From assembly GCF_009914755.1 (NCBI RefSeq), contig NC_060946.1: 64,000 nt of DNA. One strand, 5' to 3'. The notes below the pieces were generated by a model, which worked only from the letters and a program-made list of their open reading frames with translations, searched no databases and was not told where the DNA came from. This document shows positions 23,501 to 37,900 of this stretch, in pieces. The first letter of the stretch is position 1. Each line of letters starts with the position of its first letter. The position numbers and the translations under genes are program-made. Origin of the DNA: the human T2T-CHM13v2.0 reference genome, Homo sapiens.

Positions 23501-26500
23501 GTCTTTGTGACATACCTTTGCCCTGATCACCCAGGTGATGTAACACATCTAAGTTCGGCCTAAAGGAGCTTTGTGACATATCTCTGCACTGATCACTTAG
23601 GTGATGTAACACTTTTATAATCACTGCCTACAGGGAATTTTGACAAAACTCTGCACTGATCACCTAGGTGATGTAACACTTGTCTACCCTCTGTCCAACG
23701 GGGCATTGTGAAATAACTCTGCACTGATCACCCAGGTGATTCAACTCTTGACTAGGAACTGCCTACAGAGGTTATTGTGAAATATCTTTGCACTGATAAA
23801 CTAGGTGGTGTAAACCTTGTCCAAACTCTGCCTACAGGGGCGTTTCCACATATCCCTGAAGTGATGACAAAGGTGATGTAACTCTTGCCTAGGCTTTGCC
23901 TACAGGGAACATTGGACATATATCTGCACTGATCACCCAGGTGATGCAACTCTTGCCTAGGCTTTGCCTACAGGGGACATCGTGACATATCTCTTCAATG
24001 ATCTCTCATGTGATGCATCTCTTGCCTAGGCTTTGCCTACAGGGGACATTGTGACATATCTCTGCACTGATCTCCCAGGTGCTGTAACTTTAGTCTAGGC
24101 TCCGGCTACACGGCATTGTGACATATCACTGCACTGATCAACCAGGTGATATATCTCTTGTATAGGCTCTGCCTACAGGGGGATTGTGACGTACCTCTGC
24201 ATTGATCACCCAGGTGATATAACTCTTCTCTAGGATCTGCTTACAGGGTACTTTGTGACATATCCCTGCACTGATCACCCAGGTGATCTAACTCTGGTCT
24301 AAGCTCTGCCTAAACGGGCATTGTGACAGATCTCTGCACTGATAACTCTGGTGATGTAAGTATTTTCTAGGCTCTGCTTCAAGGGGCCTTGTCACATATC
24401 TCTGCACTGATCACCCAGGTGATGTAACTCTTGTCTAGGCTCTGCTTCCAGGGCATATTGTGACATATCTATGCACTGATCACCTTAGTGATGTAACACT
24501 TTGGTAGGCTCGGCCTACAGGGGAATCTTGACATATCTCTGCACTGTTAACCGAGGTGATTTAACTCTTGTCTAGGCTGTGCCCACAGGGGGATTGAGAC
24601 ATATCTCTGCACTAATCGCGAGGTGATACAACTCTTGCCTGGTCTCTGCCTACTGTGGACATTGTGACATATCTCTGCACTGATCTCCCAGGTGCTGTAA
24701 CTTTAGTCTAGGCTCTGGCTACACGGCATTGTGACATATCACTGCACTGATCACCCAGGAGATATAACTCTTCTCTAGGATCTGACTACAGGGTGCTTTG
24801 TGACATATCCCTGCAATGATCACACAGGTGATATACCACTTGCCAAGGCTCTGCCTACAGGGGCATTGCAATGTATCTCTGCACTGATCACCTAGGACTT
24901 GTAGCTATTTTCTAGGATCTGTCTACAGGGTGCTTTGTGACGTGTCCCAGCAAGGATTACCCAGGTGATGTACCTCTCATCAAGGCTCTGCCTACAGGCA
25001 CATTGTGATGTATCTCTGCACTGATCACCTATGTCATTTAACTTTTTTCTAGGCTCTACCTACGATGGCATTGTGACATATCTCGGCACTAATCATCCAA
25101 GTGATGTAACTCTTGTCTAGGATGTGCCTAAATTAACTTTTTGACATAACCCTGTACTGATCATCCAGGTGATGGAGCTTTTGACTAGGCTCTGCCTAAG
25201 GGGGCATTGTGACATATTTCTGCATTGATCACCCAGGTGGCGAACTCTTCTCTCGGGTCTGCCTATGGGGGCATTGTGAGAAATCTCTGCACTGATCACC
25301 CAGGAGATGTAACTGTTGTGTAACCTCTGCCTACAGGGGAATTGTGAGAGATCTCGTCAGTGATTACCCAAGTGATGTAACCGTTGTCTAGGCTTTGCAT
25401 ACAGGGGGCTTTGTGACATACATTTGCACTGATCACCCAGGTGATGTAACACATCTAAGTTCGGCCTAAAGGAGCTTTGTGACATATCTCTGCACTGATC
25501 ACTTAGGTGATGTAACACTTTTATAATCACTGCCTACAGGGAATTTTGACAAATCTCTGCACTGATCACCTAGGTGATGTAACTCTTGTCTACCCTCTGT
25601 GCAACGGGGCATTGTGAAATATCTCTGCACTGATCACCCAGGTGATTCAACTCTTGACTAGGAACTGCCTACAGAGGTTATTGTGAAATATCTCTGCACT
25701 GATAAACTAGGTGGTGTAACCATTGTCCAAGCTCTGCCTACAGGGGCGTTTCCACATATCCCTGAACTGATGACAAAGGTGATGTAACTCTTGCCTAGGC
25801 TTTGCCTACAGGGAACATTGGACATATATCTGCACTGATCACCCAGGTGATGCAACTCTTGCCTAGGCTTTGCCTACAGGGGCATTGTGACATATCTCTT
25901 CAATGATCACTCATGTGATGCATCTCTTGCCTAGGCTTTGCCTACAGGGGACATTGTGACATATCTCTGCACTGATCTCCCAGGTGCTGTAACTTTAGTC
26001 TAGGCTCTGGCTACACGGCATTGTGACATATCACTGCACTGGTCAACCAGGTGATATAACTCTTGTATAGGCTCTGCCTACAGGGGGATTTTGACCTACC
26101 TCTGCACTGATCACGCAGGTGATATAACTCTTCTCTAGGATCTTCCTACAGGGTACTTTGTGACATATCCCTGCACTGATCACCCAGGTGATCTATCTCT
26201 GGTCTAAGCTCTGCCTAAAGGGGCATTGTGACAGATCTCTGCACTGATCACTCAGGTGATGTAAGTATTGTCTAGGCTCTGCTTCAAGGGGCCTTGTCAC
26301 ATATCTCTGCACTGATCACCCAGGTGATGTAACTCTTGTCTAGGCTCTGCTTCCAGGGCATATTGTGACATATCTATGCACTGATCACCTTAGTGATGTA
26401 ACATTTTGGTAGGCTCGGCCTACAGGGGAATCTTGACATATCTCTGCACTGTTAACCGAGGTGATTTAACTCTTGTCTAGGCTGTGCCCACAGGGGGATT

Positions 26501-29500
26501 GAGACATATCTCTGCACTGATCCCGAGGTGATACAACTCTTGCCTGGTCTCTGCCTACTGTGGACATTGTGACATATCTCTGCACTGATCTCCCAGGTGC
26601 TGTAAATTTAGTCTAGCCTCTGGCTACACGGCATTGTGACATAACACTGCACTGATCACCCAGGCGATATAACTCTTCTCTAGGATCTGACCACAGGGTG
26701 CTTTGTGACATATACCTGCAATGATCACCCAGGTGATATACCACTTGCCAAGGCTCTGCCTACAGGGGCATTGCAATGTATCTCTGCACTGATCACCTAG
26801 GTCTTGTAGCTATTTTCTAGGATGTGCCTACAGGGTGCTTTGTGACGTGTCCCAGCAAGGATTACCCAGGTGATGTACCCCTCATCAAGGCTCTGCCTAC
26901 AGGCACATTGTGATGTATCTCTGCACTGATCACCTAGGTCATGTAAATTTTGTATAGGCTCTACCTACGATGGCATTGTGACATATCTCTGCACTAATCA
27001 TCCAAGTGATGTAACTCTTGTCTAGGATGTGCCTAAATTAACTTTTTGACATAACCCTGTACTGATCATCCAGGTGATGGAGCTTTTGTCTAGGCTCTGC
27101 CTAAGGGGGCATTGTGACGTATTTCTGCATTGATCCCCAAGTGGCGAACTCTTCTCTCGGATCTGCCTATGGGGGCATTGTGAGAAATCTCTGCACTGAT
27201 CACCCAGGTGATGTAACTGTTGTGTAACCTCTGCCTACAGGGGAATTGTGAGAGATCTCGTCACTGATTACCCAGGTGATGTAACCGTTGTCTAGGCTTT
27301 GCGTACAAGGGGCTTTGTGACATACATTTGCACTGATCACCCAGGTGATGTAACACATCTAAGTTCGGCCTAAAGGAGCTTTGTGACATATCTCTGCACT
27401 GATCACTTAGTTGATGTAACACTTTTATAATCACTGCCTACAGGGCATTTTGACAAATCTCTGCACTGATCACCTAGGTGATGTAACTCTTGTCTACCCC
27501 CTGTCCAACGAGGCATTGTGAAATATCTCTGCACTGATCACCCAGGTGACTCAACTCTTGACTAGGAACTGCCTACAGAGGTTATTGTGAAATATCTCTG
27601 CACTGATAAACTAGGTGGTGTAACCCTTGTCCAAGCTCTGCCTACAGGGGCGTTTCCACATATCCCTGAACTGATGACAAAGGTGATGTAACTCTTGCCT
27701 AGGCTTTGCCTACAGGGAACATTGGACATATATCTGCGCTGATCACCCAGGTGATGCAACTCCTTCCTAGGCTTTGCCTACAGGGGACATTGTGACATAT
27801 CTCTTCAATGATCACTCATGTGATGCATCTCTTGCCTAGGCTTTGCCTGCAGGGGCATTGTGACATATCTCTGCACTGATCTCCCAGGTGCTGTAACTTT
27901 AGTCTAGGCTCTGACTACACGGCATTGTGACATATCACTGCACTGATCAACCAGGTGATATAACTCTTGTATAGGCTCTGCCTACAGGGGGATTGTGACC
28001 TACCTCTGCACTGATCACCCAGGTGATATAACTCTTCTCTAGGATCTGCCTACAGGGTACTTTGTGACATATCCCTGCACTGATCACCCAGGTGATCTAT
28101 CTCTGGTCTAAGCTCTGCCTAAAGGGGCATTGTGACAGATCTCTGCACTGATCACTCAGGTGATGTAAGTATTGTCTAGGCTCGGCTTCAAGGGGCCTTG
28201 TCACATATCTCTGCACTGATCACCCAGGTGATGTAACTCTTGTCTAGGCTCTGCTTCCAGGGCATATTGTGACATGTCTATGCACAGATCACCTTAGTGA
28301 TGTAACACTTTGGTAGGCTCGGCCTACAGGGGAATCTTGACATATCTCTGCACTGTTAACCGAGGTGATTTAACTCTTGTCTAGGCTGTGCCCACAGGGG
28401 GATTGAGACATATCTCTGCACTGATCCCGAGGTGATACAACTCTTGCCTGGTCTCTGCCTACTGTGGACATTGTGACATATCTCTGCACTGATCTCCCAG
28501 GTGCTGTAACTTTAGTCTAGGCTCTGGCTACACGGCATTGTGACATATCACTGCACTGATCACCCAGGCGATATAACTCTTCTCTAGGATATGACCACAG
28601 GGTGCTTTGTGACATATCCCTGCAATGATCACCCAGGTGATATACCACTTGCCAAGGCTCTGCCTACAGGGGCATTGCAATGTATCTCTGCACTGATCAC
28701 CTAGGTCTTGTAGCTATTTTCTAGGATCTGCCTACAGGGTGCTTTGTGAGGTGTCCCAGCAAGGATTACCCAGGTGATGTACCTCTCATCAAGGCTCTGC
28801 CTACAGGCACATTGTGATGTATCTCTGCACTGATCACCTAGGTCATGTAAATTTTGTATAGGCTCTACCTACGATGGCATTGTGACATATCTCTGCACTA
28901 ATCATCCAAGTGATGTAACTCTTGTCTAGGATGTGCCTAAATTAACTTTTTGACATAACCCTGTACTGATCATCCAGGTGATGGAGCTTTTGTCTGGGCT
29001 CTGCCTAAGGGAGCATTGTGACGTATTTCTGCATTGATCCCCAACTGGCGAACTCTTCTCTCGGATCTGCCTATGGGGGCATTGTGAGAAATCTCTGCAC
29101 TGATCACCCAGGTGATGTAACTGTTGTGTAACCTCTGCCTACAGGGGAATTGTGAGAGATCTCGTCACTGATTACCCAAGTGATGTAACCGTTGTCTAGG
29201 CTTTGCGTACAAGGGGCTTTGTGACATACATTTGCACTGATCACCCAGGTGATGTAACACATCTAAGTTCGGCCTAAAGGAGCTTTGTGACATATCTCTG
29301 CACTGATCACTTAGGTGATGTAACACTTTTATAATCACTGCCTACAGGGAATTTTGACAAATCTCTGCACTGATCACCTAGGTGATGTAACTCTTGTCTA
29401 CCCCCTGTCCAACGAGGCATTGTGAAATATCTCTGCACTGATCACCCAGGTGACTCAACTCTTGACTAGGAACTGCCTACAGAGGTTATTGTGAAATATC

Positions 29501-30598
29501 TCTGCACTGATAAACTAGGTGGTGTAACCCTTGTCCAAGCTCTGCCTACAGGGGCGTTTCCACATATCCCTGAACTGATGACAAAGGTGATGTAACTCTT
29601 GCCTAGGCTTTGCCTACAGGGAACATTGGACATATATCTGCACTGATCACCCAGGTGATGCAACTCCTGCCTAGGCTTTGCCTATAGGGGACATTGTGAC
29701 ATATCTCTTCAATGATCACTCATGTGATGCATCTCTTGCCTAGGCTTTGCCTGCAGGGGCATTGTGACATATCTCTGCACTGATCTCCCAGGTGCTGTAA
29801 CTTTAGTCTAGGCTCTGACTACACGGGATTGTGACATATCACTGCACTGATCAACCAGGTGATATAACTCTTGTATAGGCTCTGCCTACAGGGGGATTGT
29901 GACCTACCTCTGCACTGATCACCCAGGTGATATAACTCTTCTCTAGGATCTGCCTACAGGGTACTTTGTGACATATCCCTGCACTGATCACCCAGGTGAT
30001 CTATCTCTGGTCTAAGCTCTGCCTAAAGGGGCATTGTGACAGATCTCTGCACTGATCACTCAGGTGATGTAAGTATTGTCTAGGCTCGGCTTCAAGGGGC
30101 CTTGTCACATATCTCTGCACTGATCACCCAGGTGATGTAACTCTTGTCTAGGCTCTGCTTCCAGGGCATATTGTGACATATCTATGCACTGATCACCTTA
30201 GTGATGTAACACTTTGGTAGGCTCGGCCTACAGGGGAATCTTGACATATCTCTGCACTGTTAACCGAGGTGATTTAACTCTTGTCTAGGCTGTGCCCACA
30301 GGGGGATTGAGACATATCTCTGCACTGATCCCGAGGTGATAAAACTCTTGCCTGGTCTCTGCCTACTGTGGACATTGTGACATATCTCTGCACTGATCTC
30401 CCAGGTGCTGTAACTTTAGTCTAGGCTCTGGCTACACGGCATTGTGACATATCACTGCACTGATCACCCAGGCGATATAACTCTTCTCTAGGATCTGACC
30501 ACAGGGTGCTTTGTGACATATCCCTGCAATGATCACCCAGGTGATATACCACTTGCCAAGGCTCTGCCTACAGGGGCATTGCAATGTATCTCTGCACT

Positions 30599-31954
30599 GA
30601 TCACCTAGGACTTGTAGCTATTTTCTAGGATCTGCCTACAGGGTGCTTTGTGACGTGTCCCAGCAAGGATTACCCAGGTGATGTATCTCTCATGAAGGCT
30701 CTGCCTACAGGCACATTGTGATGTATCTCTGCACTGATCACCTAGGTCATGTAACCTTTTTCTAGGCTCTACCTACGATGGCATTGTGACATATCTCTGC
30801 ACTAATCATCCAAGTGATGTAACACTTGTCTAGGATGTGCCTAAATTAACTTTTTGACATAACCCTGTACTGATCATCCAGGTGATGGAGCTTTTGTCTA
30901 GGCTCTGCCTAAGGGGGCATTGTGACATATTTCTGCATTGATCACCCAGGTGGCGAACTCTTCTCTCGGATCTGCCTATGGGGGCATTGTGAGAAATCTC
31001 TGCACTGATAACCCAGGTGATGTAACTGTTGTGTAACCTCTTCCTACAGGAGAATTGTGAGAGATCTCGTCACTGATTACCCAAGTGATGTAACCGTTGT
31101 CTAGGCTTTGCATACAGGGGGCTTTGTGACATACCTTTGCACTGATCACCCAGGTGATGTAACACATCTAAGTTCGGCCTAAAGGAGCTTTGTGACAAAT
31201 CTCTGCACTGATCACTTAGGTGATGTAACACTTTTATAATCACTGCCTACAGGGAATTTTGACAAATCTCTGCACTGATCACCTAGGTCTTGTAGCTATT
31301 TTCTAGGATCTGCCTACAGGGTGCTTTGTGACGTGTCCCAGCAACGATTACCCAGGTGATGTACCTCTCATCAAGGCTCTGCCTACAGGCACATTGTGAT
31401 GTATCTCTGCACTGATCACCTAGGTCATGTAACCTTTTTCTAGGCTCTACCTACGATGGCATTGTGACATATCTCTGCACTAATCATCCAAGTGATGTAA
31501 CACTTGTCTAGGATGTGCCTAAATTAACTTTTTGACATAACCCTGTACTGATCATCCAGGTGATGGAGCTTTTGTCTAGGCTCTGCCTAAGGGGGCATTG
31601 TGACATATTTCTGCATTGATCACCCAGGTGGCGAACTCTTCTCTCGGATCTGCCTATGGGGGCATTGTGAGAAATCTATGCCCTGATAACCCAGGTGATG
31701 TAACTGTTGTGTAACCTCTGCCTACAGGAGAATTGTGAGAGATCTCGTCACTGATTACCCAAGTGATGTAACCGTTGTCTAGGCTTTGCATACAGGGGGC
31801 TTTGTGACATACCTTTGCACTGATCACCCAGGTGATGTAACACATCTAAGTTCGGCCTAAAGGAGCTTTGTGACAAATCTCTGCACTGATCACTTAGGTG
31901 ATGTAACACTTTTATAATCACTGCCTACAGGGAATTTTGACAAATCTCTGCACT
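30599..31954 (+). repeat. Local tandem duplication of 10 monomers (I to R; 678 bp), giving a 38-mer unit of 2584 bp
   Basis: Monomer R is followed by I instead of S at 31277. Both copies share CAGGAGAATT, GATAACCCAGG and GAGCTTTGTGACAAAT. The ORFs at 30976 and 31654 are 678 bp apart. Confidence 0.92.
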
Positions 31955-34900
31955 GATCACCTAGGTGATGTAACTCTTGTCTACCCCCTGTCCAACGGGG
32001 CATTGTGAAATATCTCTGCACTGATCACCCAGGTGATTCAACTCTTGACTAGGAACTGCCTACAGAGGTTATTGTGAAATATCTCTGCACTGATAAACTA
32101 GGTGGTGTAACCCTTGTCCAAGCTCTGCCTACAGGGGCGTTTCCACATATCCCTGAACTGATGACAAAGGTGATGTAACTCTTGCCTAGGCTTTGCCTAC
32201 AGGGAACATTGGACATATATCTGCACTGATCACCCAGGTGATGCAACTCCTGCCTAGGCTTTGCCTACAGGGGACATTGTGACATATCTCTTCAATGATC
32301 ACTCATGTGATGCATCTCTTGCCTAGGCTTTGCCTACAGAGGACATTGTGACATATCTCTGCACTGATCTCCCAGGTGCTGTAACTTTAGTCTAGGCTCT
32401 GGCTACACGGCATTGTGACATATCACTGCACTGATCAACCAGGTGATATAACTCTTGTATAGGCTCTGCCTACAGGGGGATTGTGACCTACCTCTGCACT
32501 GATCACCCAGGTGATATAACTCTTCTCTAGGATCTGCCTACAGGGTACTTTGTGACATATCCCTGCACTGATCACCCAGGTGATCTATCTCTGGTCTAAG
32601 CTCTGCCTAAAGGGGCATTGTGACAGATCTCTGCACTGATCACTCAGGTGATGTAAGTATTGTCTAGGCTCGGCTTCAAGGGGCCTTGTCACATATCTCT
32701 GCACTGATCACCCAGGTGATGTAACTCTTGTCTAGGCTCTGCTTCCAGGTCATATTGTGACATATCTATGCACTGATCACCTTAGTGATGTAACATTTTG
32801 GTAGGCTCGGCCTACAGGGGAATCTTGACCTATCTCTGCACTGTTAACCGAGGTGATTTAACTCTTGTCTAGGCTGTGCCCACAGGGGGATTGAGACATA
32901 TCTCTGCACTGATCCCGAGGTGATACAACTCTTGCCTGGTCTCTGCCTACTGTTGACATTGTGACATATCTCTGCACTGATCTCCCAGGTGCTGTAACTT
33001 TAGTCTAGGCTCTGGCTACACGGCATTGTGACATATCACTGCACTGATCACCCAGGCGATATAACTCTTCTCTAGGATCTGACCACAGGGTGCTTTGTGA
33101 CATATCCCTGCAATGATCACCCAGGTGATATACCACTTGCCAAGGCTCTGCCTACAGGGGCATTGCAATGTATCTCTGCACTGATCACCTAGGTCTTGTA
33201 GCTATTTTCTAGGATCTGCCTACAGGGTGCTTTGTGACGTGTCCCAGCAAGGATTACCCAGGTGATGTACCTCTCATCAAGGCTCTGCCTACAGGCACAT
33301 TGTGATGTATCTCTGCACTGATCACCTAGGTCATGTAACCTTTTTCTAGGCTCTACCTACGATGGCATTGTGACATATCTCTGCACTAATCATCCAAGTG
33401 ATGTAACACTTGTCTAGGATGTGCCTAAATTAACTTTTTGACATAACCCTGTACTGATCATCCAGGTGATGGAGCTTTTGTCTAGGCTCTGCCTAAGGGG
33501 GCATTGTGACATATTTCTGCATTGATCACCCAGGTGGCGAACTCTTCTCTCGGATCTGCCTATGGGGGCATTGTGAGAAATCTCTGCACTGATCACCCAG
33601 GTGATGTAACTGTTGTGTAACCTCTGCCTACAGGGGAATTGTGAGAGATCTCGTCACTGATTACCCAAGTGATGTAACCGTTGTCTAGGCTTTGCATACA
33701 GGGGGTTTTGTGACATACCTTTGCACTGATCACCCAGGTGATGTAACACATCTAAGTTCGGCCTAAAGGAGCTTTGTGACATATCTCTGCACTGATCACT
33801 TAGGTGATGTAACACTTTTATAATGACTGCCTACAGGGAATTTTGACAAATCTCTGCACTGATCACCTAGGTGATGTAACTCTTGTCTACCCTCTGTCCA
33901 ACGGGGCATTGTGAAATATCTCTGCACTGATCACCCAGGTGATTCAACTCTTGACTAGGAACTGCCTACAGAGGTTATTGTGAAATATCTCTGCACTGAT
34001 AAACTAGGTGGTGTAACCCTTGTCCAAGCTCTGCCTACAGGGGCGTTTCCACATATCCCTGAACTGATGACAAAGGTGATGTAACTCTTGCCTAGGCTTT
34101 GCCTACAGGGAACATTGGACATATATCTGCACTGATCACCCAGGTGATGCAACTCCTGCCTAGGCTTTGCCTACAGGGGTCATTGTGACATATCTCTTCA
34201 ATGATCACTCATGTGATGCATCTCTTGCCTAGGCTTTGCCTGCAGGGGATATTGTGACATATCTCTGCACTGATCTCCCAGGTGCTGTAACTTTAGTCTA
34301 GGCTCTGGCTACACGGCATTGTGACATATCACTGCACTGATCAACCAGGTGATATAACTCTTGTATAGGCTCTGCCTACAGGGGGATTTTGACCTACCTC
34401 TGCACTGATCACGCAGGTGATATAACTCTTCTCTAGGATCTTCCTACAGGGTACTTTGTGACATATCCCTGCACTGATCACCCAGGTGATCTATCTCTGG
34501 TCTAAGCTCTGCCTAAAGGGGCATTGTGACAGATCTCTGCACTGATCACTCAGGTGATGTAAGTATTGTCTAGGCTCTGCTTCAAGGGGCCTTGTCACAT
34601 ATCTCTGCACTGATCACCCAGGTGATGTAACTCTTGTCTAGGCTCTGCTTCCAGGGCATATTGTGACATATCTATGCACTGATCACCTTAGTGATGTAAC
34701 ACTTTGGTAGGCTCGGCCTACAGGGGAATCTTGACATATCTCTGCACTGTTAACCGAGGTGATTTAACTCTTGTCTAGGCTGTGCCCACAGGGGGATTGA
34801 GACATATCTCTGCACTGATCCCGAGATGATACAACTCTTGCCTGGTCTCTGCCTACTGTGGACATTGTGACATATCTCTGCACTGATCTCCCAGGTGCTG

Positions 34901-37900
34901 TAACTTTAGTCTAGGCTCTGGCTACACGGCATTGTGACATATCACTGCACTGATCACCCAGGCGATATAACTCTTCTCTAGGATCTGACCACAGGGTGCT
35001 TGGTGACATATCCCTGCAATGATCACCCAGGTGACATACAACTTGCCAAGGCTCTGCCTACAGGGGCATTGCAATGTATCTCTGCACTGATCACCTAGGT
35101 CTTGTAGCTATTTTCTAGGATCTGCCTACAGGGTGCTTTGTGACGTGTCCCAGCAAGGATTACCCAGGTGATGTACCTCTCATCAAGGCTCTGCCTACAG
35201 GCACATTGTGATGTATCTCTGCACTGATCACCTAGGTCATGTAACCTTTTTCTAGGCTCTACCTACGATGGCATTGTGACATATCTCTGCACTAATCATC
35301 CAAGTGATGTAACACTTGTCTAGGATGTGCCTAAATTAACTTTTTGACATAACCCTGTACTGATCATCCAGGTGATGGAGCTTTTGTCTAGGCTCTGCCT
35401 AAGGGGGCATTGTGACATATTTCTGCATTGATCACCCAGGTGGCGAACTCTTCTCTCGGATCTGCCTATGGGGGCATTGTGAGAAATCTCTGCACTGATC
35501 ACCCAGGTGATGTAACTGTTGTGTAACCTCTGCCTACAGGGGAATTGTGAGAGATCTCGTCACTGATTACCCAAGTGATGTAACCGTTGTCTAGGCTTTG
35601 CATACAGGGGGCTTTGTGACATACCTTTGCACTGATCACCCAGGTGATGTAACACATCTAAGTTCGGCCTAAAGGAGCTTTGTGACATATCTCTGCACTG
35701 ATCACTTAGGTGATGTAACACTTTTATAATGACTGCCTACAGGGAATTTTGACAAATCTCTGCACTGATCACCTAGGTGATGTAACTCTTGTCTACCCTC
35801 TGTCCAACGGGGCATTGTGAAATATCTCTGCACTGATCACCCAGGTGATTCAACTCTTGACTAGGAACTGCCTACAGAGGTTATTGTGAAATATCTCTGC
35901 ACTGATAAACTAGGTGGTGTAACCCTTGTCCAAGCTCTGCCTACAGGGGCGTTTCCACATATCCCTGAACTGATGACAAAGGTGATGTAACTCTTGCCTA
36001 GGCTTTGCCTACAGGGAACATTGGACATATATTTGCACTGATCACCCAGGTGATGCAACTCCTGCCTAGGCTTTGCCTACAGGGGTCATTGTGACATATC
36101 TCTTCAATGATCACTCATGTGATGCATCTCTTGCCTAGGCTTTGCCTGCAGGGGACATTGTGACATATCTCTGCACTGATCTCCCAGGTGCTGTAACTTT
36201 AGTCTAGGCTCTGGCTACACGGCATTGTGACATATCACTGCACTGATCAACCAGGTGATATAACTCTTGTATAGGCTCTGCCTACAGGGGGATTTTGATC
36301 TACCTTTGCACTGATCACGCAGGTGATATAACTCTTCTCTAGGATCTTCCTACAGGGTACTTTGTGACATATCCCTGCACTGATCACCCAGGTGATCTAT
36401 CTCTGGTCTAAGCTCTGCCTAAAGGGGCATTGTGACAGATCTCTGCACTGATCACTCAGGTGATGTAAGTATTGTCTAGGCTCTGCTTCAAGGGGCCTTG
36501 TCACATATCTCTGCACTGATCACCCAGGTGATGTAACTCTTGTCTAGGCTCTGCTTCCAGGGCATATTGTGACATATCTATGCACTGATCACCTTAGTGA
36601 TGTAACACTTTGGTAGGCTCGGCCTACAGGGGAATCTTGACATATCTCTGCACTGTTAACCGAGGTGATTTAACTCTTGTCTAGGCTGTGCCCACAGGGG
36701 GATTGAGACATATCTCTGCACTGATCCCGAGGTGATACAACTCTTGCCTGGTCTCTGCCTACTGTGGACATTGTGACATATCTCTGCACTGATCTCCCAG
36801 GTGCTGTAACTTTAGTCTAGGCTCTGGCTACACGGCATTGTGACATATCACTGCACTGATCACCCAGGCGATATAACTCTTCTCTAGGATCTGACCACAG
36901 GGTGCTTGGTGACATATCCCTGCAATGATCACCCAGGTGACATACAACTTGCCAAGGCTCTGCCTACAGGGGCATTGCAATGTATCTCTGCACTGATCAC
37001 CTAGGTCTTGTAGCTATTTTCTAGGATCTGCCTACAGGGTGCTTTGTGAGGTGTCCCAGCAAGGTTTACCCAGGTGATGTATCTCTCATCAAGGCTCTGC
37101 CTACAGGCACATTGTGATGTATCTCTGCACTGATCACCTAGGTCATGTAACCTTTTTCTAGGCTCTACCTACGATGGCATTGTGACATATCTCTGCACTA
37201 ATCATCCAAGTGATGTAACACTTGTCTAGGATGTGCCTAAATTAACTTTTTGACATAACCCTGTACTGATCATCCAGGTGATGGAGCTTTTGTCTAGGCT
37301 CTGCCTAAGGGGGCATTGTGACATATTTCTGCATTGATCACCCAGGTGGCGAACTCTTCTCTCGGATCTGCCTATGGGGGCATTGTGAGAAATCTCTGCC
37401 CTGATAACCCAGGTGATGTAACAGTTGTGTAACCTCTGCCTACAGGAGAATTGTGAGAGATCTCGTCACTGATTACCCAAGTGATGTAACCGTTGTCTAG
37501 GCTTTGCATACAGGGGGCTTTGTGACATACCTTTGCACTGATCACCCAGGTGATGTAACACATCTAAGTTCGGCCTAAAGGAGCTTTGTGACATATCTCT
37601 GCACTGATCACTTAGGTGATGTAACACTTTTATAATCACTGCCTACAGGGAATTTTGACAAATCTCTGCACTGATCACCTAGGTGATGTGACTCTTGTCT
37701 ACCCCCTGTCCAACGGGGCATTGTGAAATATCTCTGCACTGATCACCCAGGTGATTCAACTCTTGACTAGGAACTGCCTACAGAGGTTATTGTGAAATAT
37801 CTCTGCACTGATAAACTAGGTGGTGTAACCCTTGTCCAAGCTCTGCCTACAGGGGCGTTTCCACATATCCCTGAACTGATGACAAAGGTGATGTAACTCT

